A stretch of 64,000 bases of DNA from an uncultured virus (IMG/VR IMGVR_UViG_3300036715_001702) (Duplodnaviria; Heunggongvirae; Uroviricota; Caudoviricetes). Shown here piece after piece: positions 1 to 10,337 of the stretch. Position numbers and translations under genes: made by a program. The stretch is taken from the IMG/VR virus record IMGVR_UViG_3300036715_001702, one strand, 5' to 3'. Below the pieces are notes generated by a model. That model had not been told where the DNA came from. It did no database searches and saw nothing but the letters and a program-made list of their open reading frames with translations. The first letter of the stretch is position 1. The number at the start of each line of letters is the position of its first letter.

Positions 1-1241
1 TAAACATCTATACCTGGAAACTTTGGAAAGAAATCAGCAGGAAATTGTTTATTGAGTTCATCTTTTATTCTAGTTGTAACCAAACTGAGTGCAGTAGATA
101 ATTCCTGTTTAGCTATCTGTACTGGAAGTTCTTCATTCATAATTTCCAAACTTATGATGAAAGCCATCGGTTTGTTTTCTGATTTAGATTTTGCAACAGC
201 AGCTTCGTATGTTGGGTTATTTAACATTTTTAGATATGTATCCAATAAAGAATCTCCCAAGAATTTTTCCACTCTTATTCTTTCTCTTATTACATCTTCA
301 AATATTCTAGTATAAGTATCGATGTCTATATTTTCAAATAATGTCAATAATAAATAGTCTCTGTATATTTTATCAGATACAATGGAAAGAATATTTTTTA
401 TAACTTTGGTATTAAATATATCACTAGAAGCGTGATTCATAAACACACTTTTATTAGCATTTATATAATCTGATTCAGATATTATCTCTCTGAGAGATGC
501 ATTAGGGTCTATAATAGGTATGTAACTATTAGTATTCTGTGTACTGTTTCCTGTACTAGTATTAGTGCTGCTCTGGTTGACAGCATTTGTAGCATTTGAT
601 GCATTGGTTGTATTAGTGTTTGAGGTTGTTATAATGTTTCCAGAAGCATCAGTGTTTGAGGTTGTATTATTTACTCCTCCTGTAGGTTGTGATGTATTAG
701 TAGATGTTGTAGAATTTGTATTGGTCTGAGATGTAGTAGAACTACTGTTATTAGTCTGATTTGTTCCTGTTGATGGAATAGGACTTTTAGGTCTGTTAAT
801 ATCTATTAAAGCTAATGTTCCATCATTTAATCTTTTTACGAATGATGCTATGGCAGTATCAACTTTAAATTTTGTATTATAAAGAAATGTATCAATTTTT
901 ATATTGTCGGTATAATACGAAAGATCCTTCAATGTAAAATATTCCTCTTTGGAACTTGCTACAAATTGATCCAAAAGTTGTTGATCGTAATATGTGTCCT
1001 GTAACAGCTTTGTAACAGCCTTGTTTAAAACTTCATCAGCTTTTGTTTTATTGATATCCTTTAATATTAATTCGTAGAAAGATTTAACTTTTGGCTTTAG
1101 GTTTAAACTGTTTAAAGATTGAGCTTGTATGATAGAATCAAGAGTGTTCTTTTTTACAAGTTCTCTGAAAAAAAGAAGAGTTGATATTCTGAAATCATCA
1201 GAATTTATATAGTCTATAGAAACATCATATACTTGTAACAC
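1..1241 (-). CDS. Hypothetical protein with Thr/Asn/Ser-rich linker; runs off the left edge
   Basis: Frame from GTG at 1241 (MLQVYDVSIDYINSDDFRIS...) read by eye; low-complexity T/N/S tract ~530-780; missing from the ORF track, presumably because no stop falls in the window. Confidence 0.7.
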   Translation of the reverse strand, partial: MLQVYDVSIDYINSDDFRISTLLFFRELVKKNTLDSIIQAQSLNSLNLKPKVKSFYELILKDINKTKADEVLNKAVTKLLQDTYYDQQLLDQFVASSKEEYFTLKDLSYYTDNIKIDTFLYNTKFKVDTAIASFVKRLNDGTLALIDINRPKSPIPSTGTNQTNNSSSTTSQTNTNSTTSTNTSQPTGGVNNTTSNTDASGNIITTSNTNTTNASNATNAVNQSSTNTSTGNSTQNTNSYIPIIDPNASLREIISESDYINANKSVFMNHASSDIFNTKVIKNILSIVSDKIYRDYLLLTLFENIDIDTYTRIFEDVIRERIRVEKFLGDSLLDTYLKMLNNPTYEAAVAKSKSENKPMAFIISLEIMNEELPVQIAKQELSTALSLVTTRIKDELNKQFPADFFPKFPGIDV

Positions 1242-1251
1242 TATCTATTTA

Positions 1252-2280
1252 TTATTTTTTGGCAGCTTCTAGGTCTAAAAATGAAATTGGAAAATCTCTA
1301 TTATGATTTGTAAATAAAGCCCAGATGGTTTCCATATCATTATTCAGGATGAAGTCTCTTCTTGCTAATTTATCTCCAATAAACGAATCATTAAAATTTT
1401 TCATTGCTAAACCAAGATCTTTATTTACTAAACCATATTTCTCTGTAACAAGATTTGCATTGAATTTATCATGAGCATCCTTGTACAGTTTGTGATCTTT
1501 CAATATCTTTTCAATTTCAATATTCAGATCTATATCAAAGAAAGTTTTTACTCTGTTGAACATGTCTTGTTCTGTGTAAATACTATTAAATTTAGGCTTA
1601 TCTTTCTTCCATTCCAAAAAATCATGATACATCTTTCTTTTAGAATTTCGATGTTTCTTGGCGTTATTCTGATGTTCTGGATTGTAACTATCTGAGTTAT
1701 AAAAATGACATGATGTAACATATTCAAAAATATCATTCTTCTCATCAAATCCTTTTTCCCATTTCGATATATCCAAACCCATGAAATTCAAAATATCAAA
1801 TTTACTTTTTGATACGTTGATATAGTTAATCACATTTCCATTCTCTGGATCCTTTACAGTTCGTCTCAAACCTTCATGGCCATATTTGAACCCATGAAGA
1901 TGAACAAGATATCCTAATAAATTTCCTAGATCACCATGTTGATAAAATAATGTAGCAGATTCGTAGTTCTCTTCTCCCATGAGAATAAGATCTACCTGAA
2001 ATTCGTTATAGTCGAATGAATACATGTAAGAATTCTTGAACACTTCTTTTGCTCCTAACTCATCTTTTAACACATTGATCAGATCTACGTTCCAACCGTG
2101 ATAGGTCCTGACGATGATATCCAGATCTCCATGATCAGGTTTATTATGATAGTTTTTTAATACAGTCAAATCAGTATCCAACAATGATTGAAGTTTGGGC
2201 AAAAGCTCTGCAATCAGAGCTTTGTATTCCAAGTCTGGCAATCTTTTTGTTTTTACCGATTTGAGTGCATTTCCTCCCAT
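1252..2280 (-). CDS. Putative nucleotidyltransferase (pol beta-like fold)
   Basis: HGDLDI motif plus downstream QVDLI acidic strand. Confidence 0.55.
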   Translation of the reverse strand: MGGNALKSVKTKRLPDLEYKALIAELLPKLQSLLDTDLTVLKNYHNKPDHGDLDIIVRTYHGWNVDLINVLKDELGAKEVFKNSYMYSFDYNEFQVDLILMGEENYESATLFYQHGDLGNLLGYLVHLHGFKYGHEGLRRTVKDPENGNVINYINVSKSKFDILNFMGLDISKWEKGFDEKNDIFEYVTSCHFYNSDSYNPEHQNNAKKHRNSKRKMYHDFLEWKKDKPKFNSIYTEQDMFNRVKTFFDIDLNIEIEKILKDHKLYKDAHDKFNANLVTEKYGLVNKDLGLAMKNFNDSFIGDKLARRDFILNNDMETIWALFTNHNRDFPISFLDLEAAKK

Positions 2281-2282
2281 TT

Positions 2283-2540
2283 TTATTCTTGTCCTTTATC
2301 TGTTATTTGTTGAATCACATTTTCAGGAATTACAGAAGAAAAATTCATTTCTACTGGTACATCAATGATGTTTTCCTTAGTTTCAGCTTCTCTAGCTTTG
2401 GCTTCTTTTTCATTTTGAATATGATGCATGAATTGTTGGTACAATTGTTCCTGCAATCTTGTCTGTCTGGCCTTATCAGCCTTCAGACGTTCGTTTCTGT
2501 TCTTGATCTTCTTGTTGTGTTCTTTAGATTTCTTTCCCAT
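2283..2540 (-). CDS. Hypothetical coiled-coil protein
   Basis: 85 aa ORF abutting the next gene. Confidence 0.6.
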   Translation of the reverse strand: MGKKSKEHNKKIKNRNERLKADKARQTRLQEQLYQQFMHHIQNEKEAKAREAETKENIIDVPVEMNFSSVIPENVIQQITDKGQE

Positions 2541-2541
2541 G

Positions 2542-2581
2542 TTAAAAGCGTATTAGATTTATAAATCTAATACGCTTTTAA
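2542..2581. repeat. Perfect 40-bp palindrome (terminator or operator)
   Basis: ttaaaagcgtattagattta|taaatctaatacgcttttaa. Confidence 0.85.
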
Positions 2582-2600
2582 ACTCTAAAAGTTTTAAATT

Positions 2601-3722
2601 CTACAAATCTGAGTCCAAACTTAACGAAAATTTATCAAATGTAAAATATTTTGAATGCATATCTAAAACATCTTGGAGAGTTATAGTATCCAAAATAGCA
2701 TCAACATTCCAAGCTTCTGGCTCGATATACGAAGTCACATTGTTATAAAGATTGATCTGGCGTTTTTTGAAAGATATACGTTTAGAATCTAGGATCAAAT
2801 CAAATCTTTTCTGAGTCAAGTATTTATCAGGATTGTCTAACACTTCTTTTAAACCATCTGCCATATCCTGCAACTTGTTCTTAGTTGTAGATGTGAATAT
2901 CATAGGAAGAGCTAAAGATCCAATCTGCATCAATTCTGTTGCTACATAATAAGCAACTTGTCTGTTCTCTCTTATCTCTTTATAAAGAGGAGAATTTAAA
3001 CCTTGACCCAACATGCTTAATAAAAATTTAGCAATAGCGAAATCTTTTTTTAATAATTCTCCTGTGTATATAACAGAACATTTGGAATCATAAGAGTTTG
3101 TCTTTTCTAATGTTGCATTTGGATTAGATCTAATGTCATACGAAAATGGATTGTGGTTCAATTTCATGATGCTGTGATCTGCAAATTTTAAATCGTCGTT
3201 AACGTATTCAAAATCCTTAGAAACGTTGATGATCTTAGAAATATTTGTATACTGTTTTTTATGCTGAGCTAAAAGCATATCGTATGTAAGATCTTCTAGA
3301 TCCTTTTTTAATCCGATTGGTCCGTAGTGGTTCAATTTGGTACGAAACAGGTTCAAGAAATGGGCAGACTGTTGATCGTTGAAAGAGTCATCGTATTCCT
3401 GAAGGACTATAGAAACTTCTTCTTTGAATTGTTTCTCAGTGATGTCAAAGGTGTTCAAAGCATTAACAAAAGTATCTCTGTATTTTGCTAGGTTTTCTTC
3501 TAGACCAGTAAAATGGAATGTAATAAGCTCCGAACTTGTAAATGCGTTCCAAGCAATGCCATATTGATCTAGCTCATCTTGAAGATGCTCAAAAGATTTA
3601 CATTTTAAGTGTTCAAGTAAGTGTGAAACCCCGTAATATCCAGGATTTTCAAGGTTACAGGAGCCATAATACACTATATAGAAGCCAGAAAGATCTGTTT
3701 GTGATTTTAAGTTGATGATCAT
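2601..3722 (-). CDS. M16-family (insulinase-like) zinc peptidase
   Basis: Inverted zinc motif HLLEH, NAFTS, and SPLYKEIRE..AY in the C-terminal half. Confidence 0.9.
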   Translation of the reverse strand: MIINLKSQTDLSGFYIVYYGSCNLENPGYYGVSHLLEHLKCKSFEHLQDELDQYGIAWNAFTSSELITFHFTGLEENLAKYRDTFVNALNTFDITEKQFKEEVSIVLQEYDDSFNDQQSAHFLNLFRTKLNHYGPIGLKKDLEDLTYDMLLAQHKKQYTNISKIINVSKDFEYVNDDLKFADHSIMKLNHNPFSYDIRSNPNATLEKTNSYDSKCSVIYTGELLKKDFAIAKFLLSMLGQGLNSPLYKEIRENRQVAYYVATELMQIGSLALPMIFTSTTKNKLQDMADGLKEVLDNPDKYLTQKRFDLILDSKRISFKKRQINLYNNVTSYIEPEAWNVDAILDTITLQDVLDMHSKYFTFDKFSLSLDSDL

Positions 3723-3795
3723 ATATAATTTTAATTTTTGTTTAATTAAATCTATATATTCAAAATAGGTTTAAACAGTTAAATAATTGAAGATT

Positions 3796-4452
3796 CTATA
3801 TAGAATCTTCAATATAATTTAATAAATCTTCTCCTTTTTTCTTTGTTAATTTTTGTAATTTTGCAATTTTATCATCTGGCATATTTTTTCTTTTTGATAT
3901 AGCCATTGCTTCTTTTGGAGTTATAGAAGCTATAATTGATGAAATCTCTTTCATATTTTTTGTATTATTTAGCTCAATATTCTTTTGATTAATTTCTTCA
4001 GGTTTAAGTACTCTCCAATCATCTGCGCCGTTATTAATATCTTTATTTTTATTCAAAATTTTAACAAATTCAGCAGATGTGTATGTATCTTTCAACATAT
4101 TTATTTTACTACTAAATTGTTCTGCAATTTCGTCATCGTCCAAATCTTTTACGCTATTATTATTACACCATCTAACACTAAATGTTTTTGATGCTAAAAA
4201 ATATACAGCCATATCATATTCTTCTGCTATTGCTTCATCAGACCATATGCCCATCTTTAGTAATAAATCTGGATTTATATTGATAAATATTTCATATGAA
4301 ACATAATCTGGTGTATCAATAGCAGCTCTGTATTGAGTTGGAATATCAATTCCATTAATTTTTACACTGTCTAAATGTCCGTATGAATCTCCACCGTACT
4401 CATTTAGTTTATGATTTAAATTTTCATTTAAAAATTGTTTGAAATTTTTCAT
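3796..4452 (-). CDS. Hypothetical protein with capsid-targeting-like N-terminus
   Basis: Begins MKNFKQFLNE. Confidence 0.7.
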   Translation of the reverse strand: MKNFKQFLNENLNHKLNEYGGDSYGHLDSVKINGIDIPTQYRAAIDTPDYVSYEIFININPDLLLKMGIWSDEAIAEEYDMAVYFLASKTFSVRWCNNNSVKDLDDDEIAEQFSSKINMLKDTYTSAEFVKILNKNKDINNGADDWRVLKPEEINQKNIELNNTKNMKEISSIIASITPKEAMAISKRKNMPDDKIAKLQKLTKKKGEDLLNYIEDSI

Positions 4453-4539
4453 ATATTTAGTTTTTTTTTGATATTAATCAATATCTTATATATTAATCAA
4501 TATCTTCAAAAATGATATAAACAATTAAATATATAGATC

Positions 4540-4896
4540 ATGATAACAAATTTCAACAATTGGAAAACTTTAAACGAATCTGCAATCAAAGAAGATACTA
4601 TTGAAAAGGATTGATTGCCTGATGTATTATACCATGTATCGCCGATAAAAAATAAATCTTCTATATTAAATAATGGTATAGAATTAAAAACAGGTGGAAA
4701 TACATATTTAAATAGAACTTACGATCCAAGAATATATTTAGCAACATCTTTAATAGCAGCTTACGATATACAATTAAATTTTAGTTCACATACTGATTTA
4801 GATTATATCATATTTGAAATAGATACAAAAACATTGAATGGTAAATTCTATGAAGATAGTAAATTTGCTCATGGTGTCTGGACAGATAATCACTAA
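4540..4896 (+). pseudogene. Disrupted ADP-ribosyltransferase/KptA-like protein
   Basis: MITNFNNWKTLNE start; in-frame TGA at 4612-4614; LYHVSP..SIL..GI...RIYLA motif; 3' end runs into insertion element C. Confidence 0.55.
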
Positions 4897-5266
4897 AAAT
4901 ATATAAATATATTCCTAGCTTTGTAATTAAAAGAAATCATGAATGATTTCTAGAAACGTACTGGACTGATTATTGAGCCCACTATCATGTCAGATTGCTC
5001 TTTCACGAATACATTTGTTACACAAATGATCTTTTACATTTGTTTTACGTATGAATTTGTAAATTTCACACAACCAATACAGCAATGAACATTCATCAAT
5101 CAAACTAATAGTTAAAGTGGCTTTTTATTTCCTACCAGACATAAATGTCAGTCCTATAAGTTGTCATTTGTAAGCAAATGATTTAATCGATAGAGTATCT
5201 ATTAAATATAGTTGTTTTAGTTTAAATATTTTTATATAAATTAGTATAAATCTAGTTACTTAATAT
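4889..5266 (-). mobile_element. Non-autonomous IS element copy C (TnpB/omegaRNA-type remnant)
   Basis: Shares the left end and a ~70-nt internal block with copies A/B; its different right part reads ...DMIVGSIISPVRF*, resembling a TnpB C-terminal tail; right boundary approximate. Confidence 0.7.
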
Positions 5267-5384
5267 TATACGGAAAAATAAAAAAGTTTGAGATTTTAAC
5301 TCTACAAAATGAATTACGATGAAAATGATTTAGATGATTTATACAATAGTACTTGGATGGATTATGAAGAAAAATAAATAATTT

Positions 5385-5807
5385 TTATTTATTGAAATGT
5401 TGTAAAACATCTTTGTTTCTCCAAAAAACTAGTTGTTCAGCTTCTTCGAGTGTCATAAACTTGGCATCTGCAATCTCTTTAGTGCTCAACATCTTCTTTG
5501 GAAGTTTGAAATCTTCTCCGATATGGATACATTTTTTCAAATATACTGTATAATAGATGACAGATTTATAAAGTACTCCTTCCTTATCTTTGAAATCTAA
5601 TTGAAAAGGCCCTTCAGATAATTGATTAGGATTTATGCAAATTCCAACTTCTTCTCTTGTTTCGCGTATTGCAGTCTGAATAAAAGTCTCATTGTTTTCA
5701 CATTTACCTTTTGGAATAGACCATGTGTTCTCCTTCTTGCTACGAGCTGGTTTTGCTAATAAAAGCCTATTTTTATAGAATATAGCAAGTCCTGCTGAGT
5801 ATATCAT
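5385..5807 (-). CDS. Nudix hydrolase
   Basis: PKG...E....TAIRETREEVG Nudix box. Confidence 0.92.
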   Translation of the reverse strand: MIYSAGLAIFYKNRLLLAKPARSKKENTWSIPKGKCENNETFIQTAIRETREEVGICINPNQLSEGPFQLDFKDKEGVLYKSVIYYTVYLKKCIHIGEDFKLPKKMLSTKEIADAKFMTLEEAEQLVFWRNKDVLQHFNK

Positions 5808-5846
5808 GATATGTATTGTTTTAAATTTAATTAAAAAAGTTTATAT

Positions 5847-7589
5847 TTGTTTATGTTTTACGAAAAAATAATACTGGACGCTTTCAAAGAGCTGAAAATC
5901 ATACCAAGAAATGGCCAGATCGAGATAATAGATTTAATCATTAGCTCTTTTTTGAACGAACATAAAAAATATTTTATTCTTAATGCAAATACTGGTATTG
6001 GAAAATCTATAATCGGAATAGTTGTCAGCCATATCATGGCCAAAGAACATGACAAGAACGAGGCTGCATTGATTGTCACTTCTACAAAGTTGTTAATGGA
6101 TCAATATGAAGATTTCATGAAAGACAATTCTTCAACATTCTATAGCTCGATGAAAGGAGCATCAAATTATGAATGTCTGTTGAAGAAAGATCTGAACTAC
6201 ACGGCAAAACAATGCTATAGGAGAACCTCCATTTTCGAAAAAGAAATCAGCGATCCAAAGAGGAAAGAGTTCTATGACAAACAATGTGGATCTTGCCTAT
6301 ACAAAAAAGCAGTAGAGCAAAAGAACTATTCACGTTTTCTGGTGACTAACTATGCCTATCATTTCTTGGATAGATTATTCCTAGACAACAAAACGAATTC
6401 ACACGGAGCTAAAATGAGCATGAAGCCAAGATGTGTAACCGTGTACGATGAAGCTCATCTGTTGAACGATCAGTTTGTCAACCATTCTACTATATTCTTT
6501 TCAAAAGAGAGGTTTACAGAAATTCTACAGGATCTGGAAAATGATCATGCGACGCTCAAAGCCAAATTGTGGACTAAGGCTGTGTTTGATTCCATAATGG
6601 AAGAAATACAAGCTAAAATCCTGAACGAAACAAATATAGATTTTCATCTAAAAGCTCTGTTGAATGTGTATAGAAAAATCAGCAATTGGTACGATAATAA
6701 AATTCACCAACATCTTGATATTTCAGAATATATGAAATTCAAAATGTTGAAGGATAAATACTATGATTTTTCATGTAAGATAGATGATTATTTTATTTAT
6801 GGTTTTGAAACAGTTCTAGATATAGATTGTAAGACAGAACAAATTTCTATAAAACCTGTTTTTGTCAAGAGCATGTTCAAGAAGTTGACTAATTCTGATC
6901 ATGTGCTTTTTATGTCTGCTACTATATCTAAAGACTTGATAATGAATACTTTAGAACTAAAAGATGAAGAAATAGGATATTTAAAAACTGATCAAGTTTT
7001 CAATCCAGAAGACAAAACTGTTGTCATAGATCCAAGGCTGATGATCAAGATCAATTATCAGAACTTGGACGATATCAGAACTTCTATGTTTCTTTCTGAT
7101 AAGGTGAACCTGATATTGGATATACATGCGAATCAGAAAGGCATAATATTGGCTAACAGTTTTAAACTTGCAAAAGAGATTCATAAATCAATAAAAAACA
7201 GAAAAGTCTTCTTACATCAACATGATACAGACTTGGAAAAATTGATAAAAGCTTTCAAAAAAAGCGAAAATGGAATTTTATTATCACCAAGCATATTCGA
7301 AGGGATAGATCTTCCAGGTTCAGATTCTAAATTCAACATTTTTCTGAAAGCTCCTTATCCGAGCCTTTCTGAAAAAAGAATGCAGCATATCCTGAAGAAA
7401 TACCCGACTATATACAAGATCACAACAATACAGAAGATAGTACAAGGTATAGGAAGATCTACACGTTTCAGAGGAGATAAATCAATCACATATTTTTTGG
7501 ATCAAAACTTGAAAGATCTTTTTTACTCCTACTACAATGAATGGCAGGACGATTTTTTGGTTTTGGATTCGTACGATTTAATAAAATAA
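5847..7589 (+). CDS. DinG/Rad3-like SF2 helicase
   Basis: RNGQ Q-motif, NTGIGKS, Cys cluster, DEAH, SAT, EGIDLPG, QGIGRSTR. Confidence 0.9.
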   Translation: MFMFYEKIILDAFKELKIIPRNGQIEIIDLIISSFLNEHKKYFILNANTGIGKSIIGIVVSHIMAKEHDKNEAALIVTSTKLLMDQYEDFMKDNSSTFYSSMKGASNYECLLKKDLNYTAKQCYRRTSIFEKEISDPKRKEFYDKQCGSCLYKKAVEQKNYSRFLVTNYAYHFLDRLFLDNKTNSHGAKMSMKPRCVTVYDEAHLLNDQFVNHSTIFFSKERFTEILQDLENDHATLKAKLWTKAVFDSIMEEIQAKILNETNIDFHLKALLNVYRKISNWYDNKIHQHLDISEYMKFKMLKDKYYDFSCKIDDYFIYGFETVLDIDCKTEQISIKPVFVKSMFKKLTNSDHVLFMSATISKDLIMNTLELKDEEIGYLKTDQVFNPEDKTVVIDPRLMIKINYQNLDDIRTSMFLSDKVNLILDIHANQKGIILANSFKLAKEIHKSIKNRKVFLHQHDTDLEKLIKAFKKSENGILLSPSIFEGIDLPGSDSKFNIFLKAPYPSLSEKRMQHILKKYPTIYKITTIQKIVQGIGRSTRFRGDKSITYFLDQNLKDLFYSYYNEWQDDFLVLDSYDLIK

Positions 7590-7806
7590 ATTTTTTCGCC
7601 TAAAGTCGTATGTTTCATTAAAAAATGAAAGTTCAGCAACAAAAACCGCGTATATGTTGCTGGTAGACTTCACTCCTGAAAAACATACGACATTATGTAT
7701 ATAATAATAAATAATATTTATTTTTTGTTCGATATTTTGTCGATATTGACTGTATTTTAAAACTTTTTAACGATATTACATATAATTAAAAAACTAAACA
7801 ACTCAA

Positions 7807-8229
7807 ATGCAAGATTTTCTAGATATAGAACATAACCCAATCATCAATGGTAGTTTTGTGACCATGATGAACGACTCTACGAAAAAATATGTATGTAAGC
7901 ATGCTACAATAAACCAAGAAACTAAAATGTATCTTTTTCCACAAGGACATTTGGACATAACTGGTGATCGAACATCTTTAGAACTAACACAGGAGATCAT
8001 TGATAAAGGTCAGATCAAATTGGTAAAAACCATCATCATCAGAAGCAGTGAAGAACTTTTCTTGGAACTTCAAGCTATATCTAATGGTTTAAACACTCTA
8101 GGTGCTATTATACAGAATAATATGACTATAGATTATAGTTTATACGAAGAATGGTCCAAGATTGTAGATAATAATATAAACGATTTGACTGAATGGAAGG
8201 CAAAAGTTCAGAAATATCTGAATATATAG
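7807..8229 (+). CDS. Hypothetical protein
   Basis: 140 aa ORF after an AACTTTT..TATA promoter-like motif. Confidence 0.65.
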   Translation: MQDFLDIEHNPIINGSFVTMMNDSTKKYVCKHATINQETKMYLFPQGHLDITGDRTSLELTQEIIDKGQIKLVKTIIIRSSEELFLELQAISNGLNTLGAIIQNNMTIDYSLYEEWSKIVDNNINDLTEWKAKVQKYLNI

Positions 8230-8233
8230 ATTT

Positions 8234-8728
8234 ATGAAGAATTTCCGTGAATTTGTTTTTGAGAACCTAGATCATTCAGAAGATGAGTATACTCTTGTTG
8301 TTTCAAATACTATTCATGAGATTAAGTCTGCGTTAGAACAAGAGCTGATTGATGAATTAGAAATATACCCATTTCTTTATAATACTATGATTGTGGTTTC
8401 TGATATTGGAATTTTATCAATATTAAGAAAGGAATTAAACATCGTTTCTGAAAATTTAGGTAATTTTTATCCTGAAAAACATTCTTATAAGTTGTATTTA
8501 CATGTACCGAAAGTTTACGATATAGGACGAACTCACAGGATAGAAAAATTTTTAAAGAGTTTCAAACATCCAGCATTAAATATAGAATATTTGAAAAACA
8601 ATTCTATAGAGGATCAGATAATGTATGATTTGAATATCGTCACTATGGATAACAAAGAAAATGTTTTAAAATACATCAGAAGTGCTTTATTTTACTTGAA
8701 TAAGGGCGATGGTGTTTTAATAGATTAA
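8234..8728 (+). CDS. Hypothetical protein with capsid-targeting-like N-terminus
   Basis: MKNFREFVFE; AATATATAG at 8221. Confidence 0.7.
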   Translation: MKNFREFVFENLDHSEDEYTLVVSNTIHEIKSALEQELIDELEIYPFLYNTMIVVSDIGILSILRKELNIVSENLGNFYPEKHSYKLYLHVPKVYDIGRTHRIEKFLKSFKHPALNIEYLKNNSIEDQIMYDLNIVTMDNKENVLKYIRSALFYLNKGDGVLID

Positions 8729-8733
8729 TAATT

Positions 8734-8789
8734 AATCCTAACTAAATGTTAGGATTTTTTTTTATTTAAAATAAATATTTATATTTGTT
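8734..8789 (+). repeat. ~55-bp direct repeat, copy 1 (terminator plus TAnnTTTG promoter)
   Basis: aatcctaactaaatgttaggattttttt...atttaaaataaat..; recurs at 9787. Confidence 0.85.
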
Positions 8790-8791
8790 GA

Positions 8792-9229
8792 ATGATAAAT
8801 TTACTAGTTCCTAGAAATATCGAAGGTCGCAAGGAGAAACTGAAGCAGATGAACATTAGGTTACTTTCTCAGGAATTGATAGATGGAGATCTTATACTCG
8901 ATGAATCTTTCATGGACATTGATCCTAAATTTATAAAGTTCAAGAAAGTGAATGGTTGTGTAAGATTGACCGGAGGTCAATGGACAGAAATACCTGTATG
9001 GTTGAAAGATGTAGAAATAACTGGATATTTCGATTGCTCAGAAAATAAATTGACATCATTGAAAAACTGTCCTCAGAAAATAGGAAGAAATTTTTATTGT
9101 TCAGCCAATTTGTTAACATCTCTAGATGGATGCCCTGAAAATATAGGAGGAGATTTTCATTGTTATGATAATAAAGTCAAATTGAAGATTCCAGATTATG
9201 TTAAACTGAAATGTAAATTTTATAATTAA
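8792..9229 (+). CDS. LRR-like 22-aa repeat family paralog 1 (no capsid-targeting N-terminus)
   Basis: LLVPRNIEGRKEKL cap; two LTSL.(G/N)CP..IG..F.C repeats. Confidence 0.9.
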   Translation: MINLLVPRNIEGRKEKLKQMNIRLLSQELIDGDLILDESFMDIDPKFIKFKKVNGCVRLTGGQWTEIPVWLKDVEITGYFDCSENKLTSLKNCPQKIGRNFYCSANLLTSLDGCPENIGGDFHCYDNKVKLKIPDYVKLKCKFYN

Positions 9230-9241
9230 AATCTATAGATC

Positions 9242-9781
9242 ATGAAAAATTCCAAGACATTCGTAGGAAACCTATCGGTAAATGAGAATCTGTTGGTTCC
9301 ACGTAACCTCGAAGGCCGCAAGGAAAAGCTCAAACAGATGAACATAAAGTTGCTTTCTCAGGAATTGATTGATGGAGATCTAAATCTTGATGAATCCTTC
9401 ATGGATATCGATGCTAAGTTTGTAAAGCTCAAGAAAGTGAATGGATTTGTAACTTTGCAAGGTTGTGAATGGACTGAAATTCCTGCATGGCTGAAAGATG
9501 TAGAAATAACTGGAGTTTTTTCTTGTTCATATAATAAATTGACCACATTGAAAAATTGTCCACAGAAGATAGGAGGAAGTTTTAGTTGTTCACATAATAG
9601 CTTAATATCATTAGAAGGATGTCCAAAAACGATAAACAATAATTTTTCATGTAATAATAATCAATTAACATCTTTAGAAGGATGTCCTGAAAACATAGGA
9701 GGAGATTTTTATTGTGTCGGTAACAAAGCTAAATTAGAACTTCCTGATTATGTTAAACTGAAAGGTGAATTTATAAATTAA
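9242..9781 (+). CDS. LRR-like 22-aa repeat family paralog 2
   Basis: Same cap; three repeats. Confidence 0.9.
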   Translation: MKNSKTFVGNLSVNENLLVPRNLEGRKEKLKQMNIKLLSQELIDGDLNLDESFMDIDAKFVKLKKVNGFVTLQGCEWTEIPAWLKDVEITGVFSCSYNKLTTLKNCPQKIGGSFSCSHNSLISLEGCPKTINNNFSCNNNQLTSLEGCPENIGGDFYCVGNKAKLELPDYVKLKGEFIN

Positions 9782-9786
9782 AAGAG

Positions 9787-9841
9787 AATCCTAACTAAAT
9801 GTTAGGATTTTTTTTAATTTAAAATAAATGTTTAATTTGTT
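9787..9841 (+). repeat. ~55-bp direct repeat, copy 2
   Basis: Near-identical to 8734-8789. Confidence 0.85.
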
Positions 9842-9844
9842 TCT

Positions 9845-10258
9845 ATGAAAAAATCCATAATACATTTTAATAAACCAGCTTATATAAGAAAATATGATGG
9901 TATTTTACATATCAACATATTAAAAGAAGATTATTATGTAAGACCTAATTGTTTTGTTGATGTTGATATCAAATACAATGTTGATAAAACTTCGATAGAA
10001 GTCAATGCCAGAGAAACTGAAACTTTTAGTTTTTGGAGCTCGTACTTCATAGAAGGAAAAAGTAAATATTTCAAAAAATATTTTGATACGATCCATCCAG
10101 AACAAGCCAAAACTTTGAAGAAAAGAAAATTCTTCAATTGGAAGAATTTTAGATTTGATGAAGGTTTATGCATCGAAGACCATGTCGACTATCTCAAAAA
10201 AGAAGAATACTGGACAAAGGTGACTTTTACAACGCCTTGTTTCGTTATAACTGAATAA
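9845..10258 (+). CDS. Hypothetical protein
   Basis: 137 aa ORF. Confidence 0.65.
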   Translation: MKKSIIHFNKPAYIRKYDGILHINILKEDYYVRPNCFVDVDIKYNVDKTSIEVNARETETFSFWSSYFIEGKSKYFKKYFDTIHPEQAKTLKKRKFFNWKNFRFDEGLCIEDHVDYLKKEEYWTKVTFTTPCFVITE

Positions 10259-10337
10259 AAAGTACACTTTTTATAACAAAAATATCAATTTATAATAAAT
10301 ATTTATAAAAAACTAAACAAAAGTATCTTTTTTTAAT

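Noticed and set aside
4471..4506. Tandem atattaatcaatatctt repeat, and CRISPR arrays generally
   Set aside because: Only two units and no spacers; no repeat-spacer array seen in the window.
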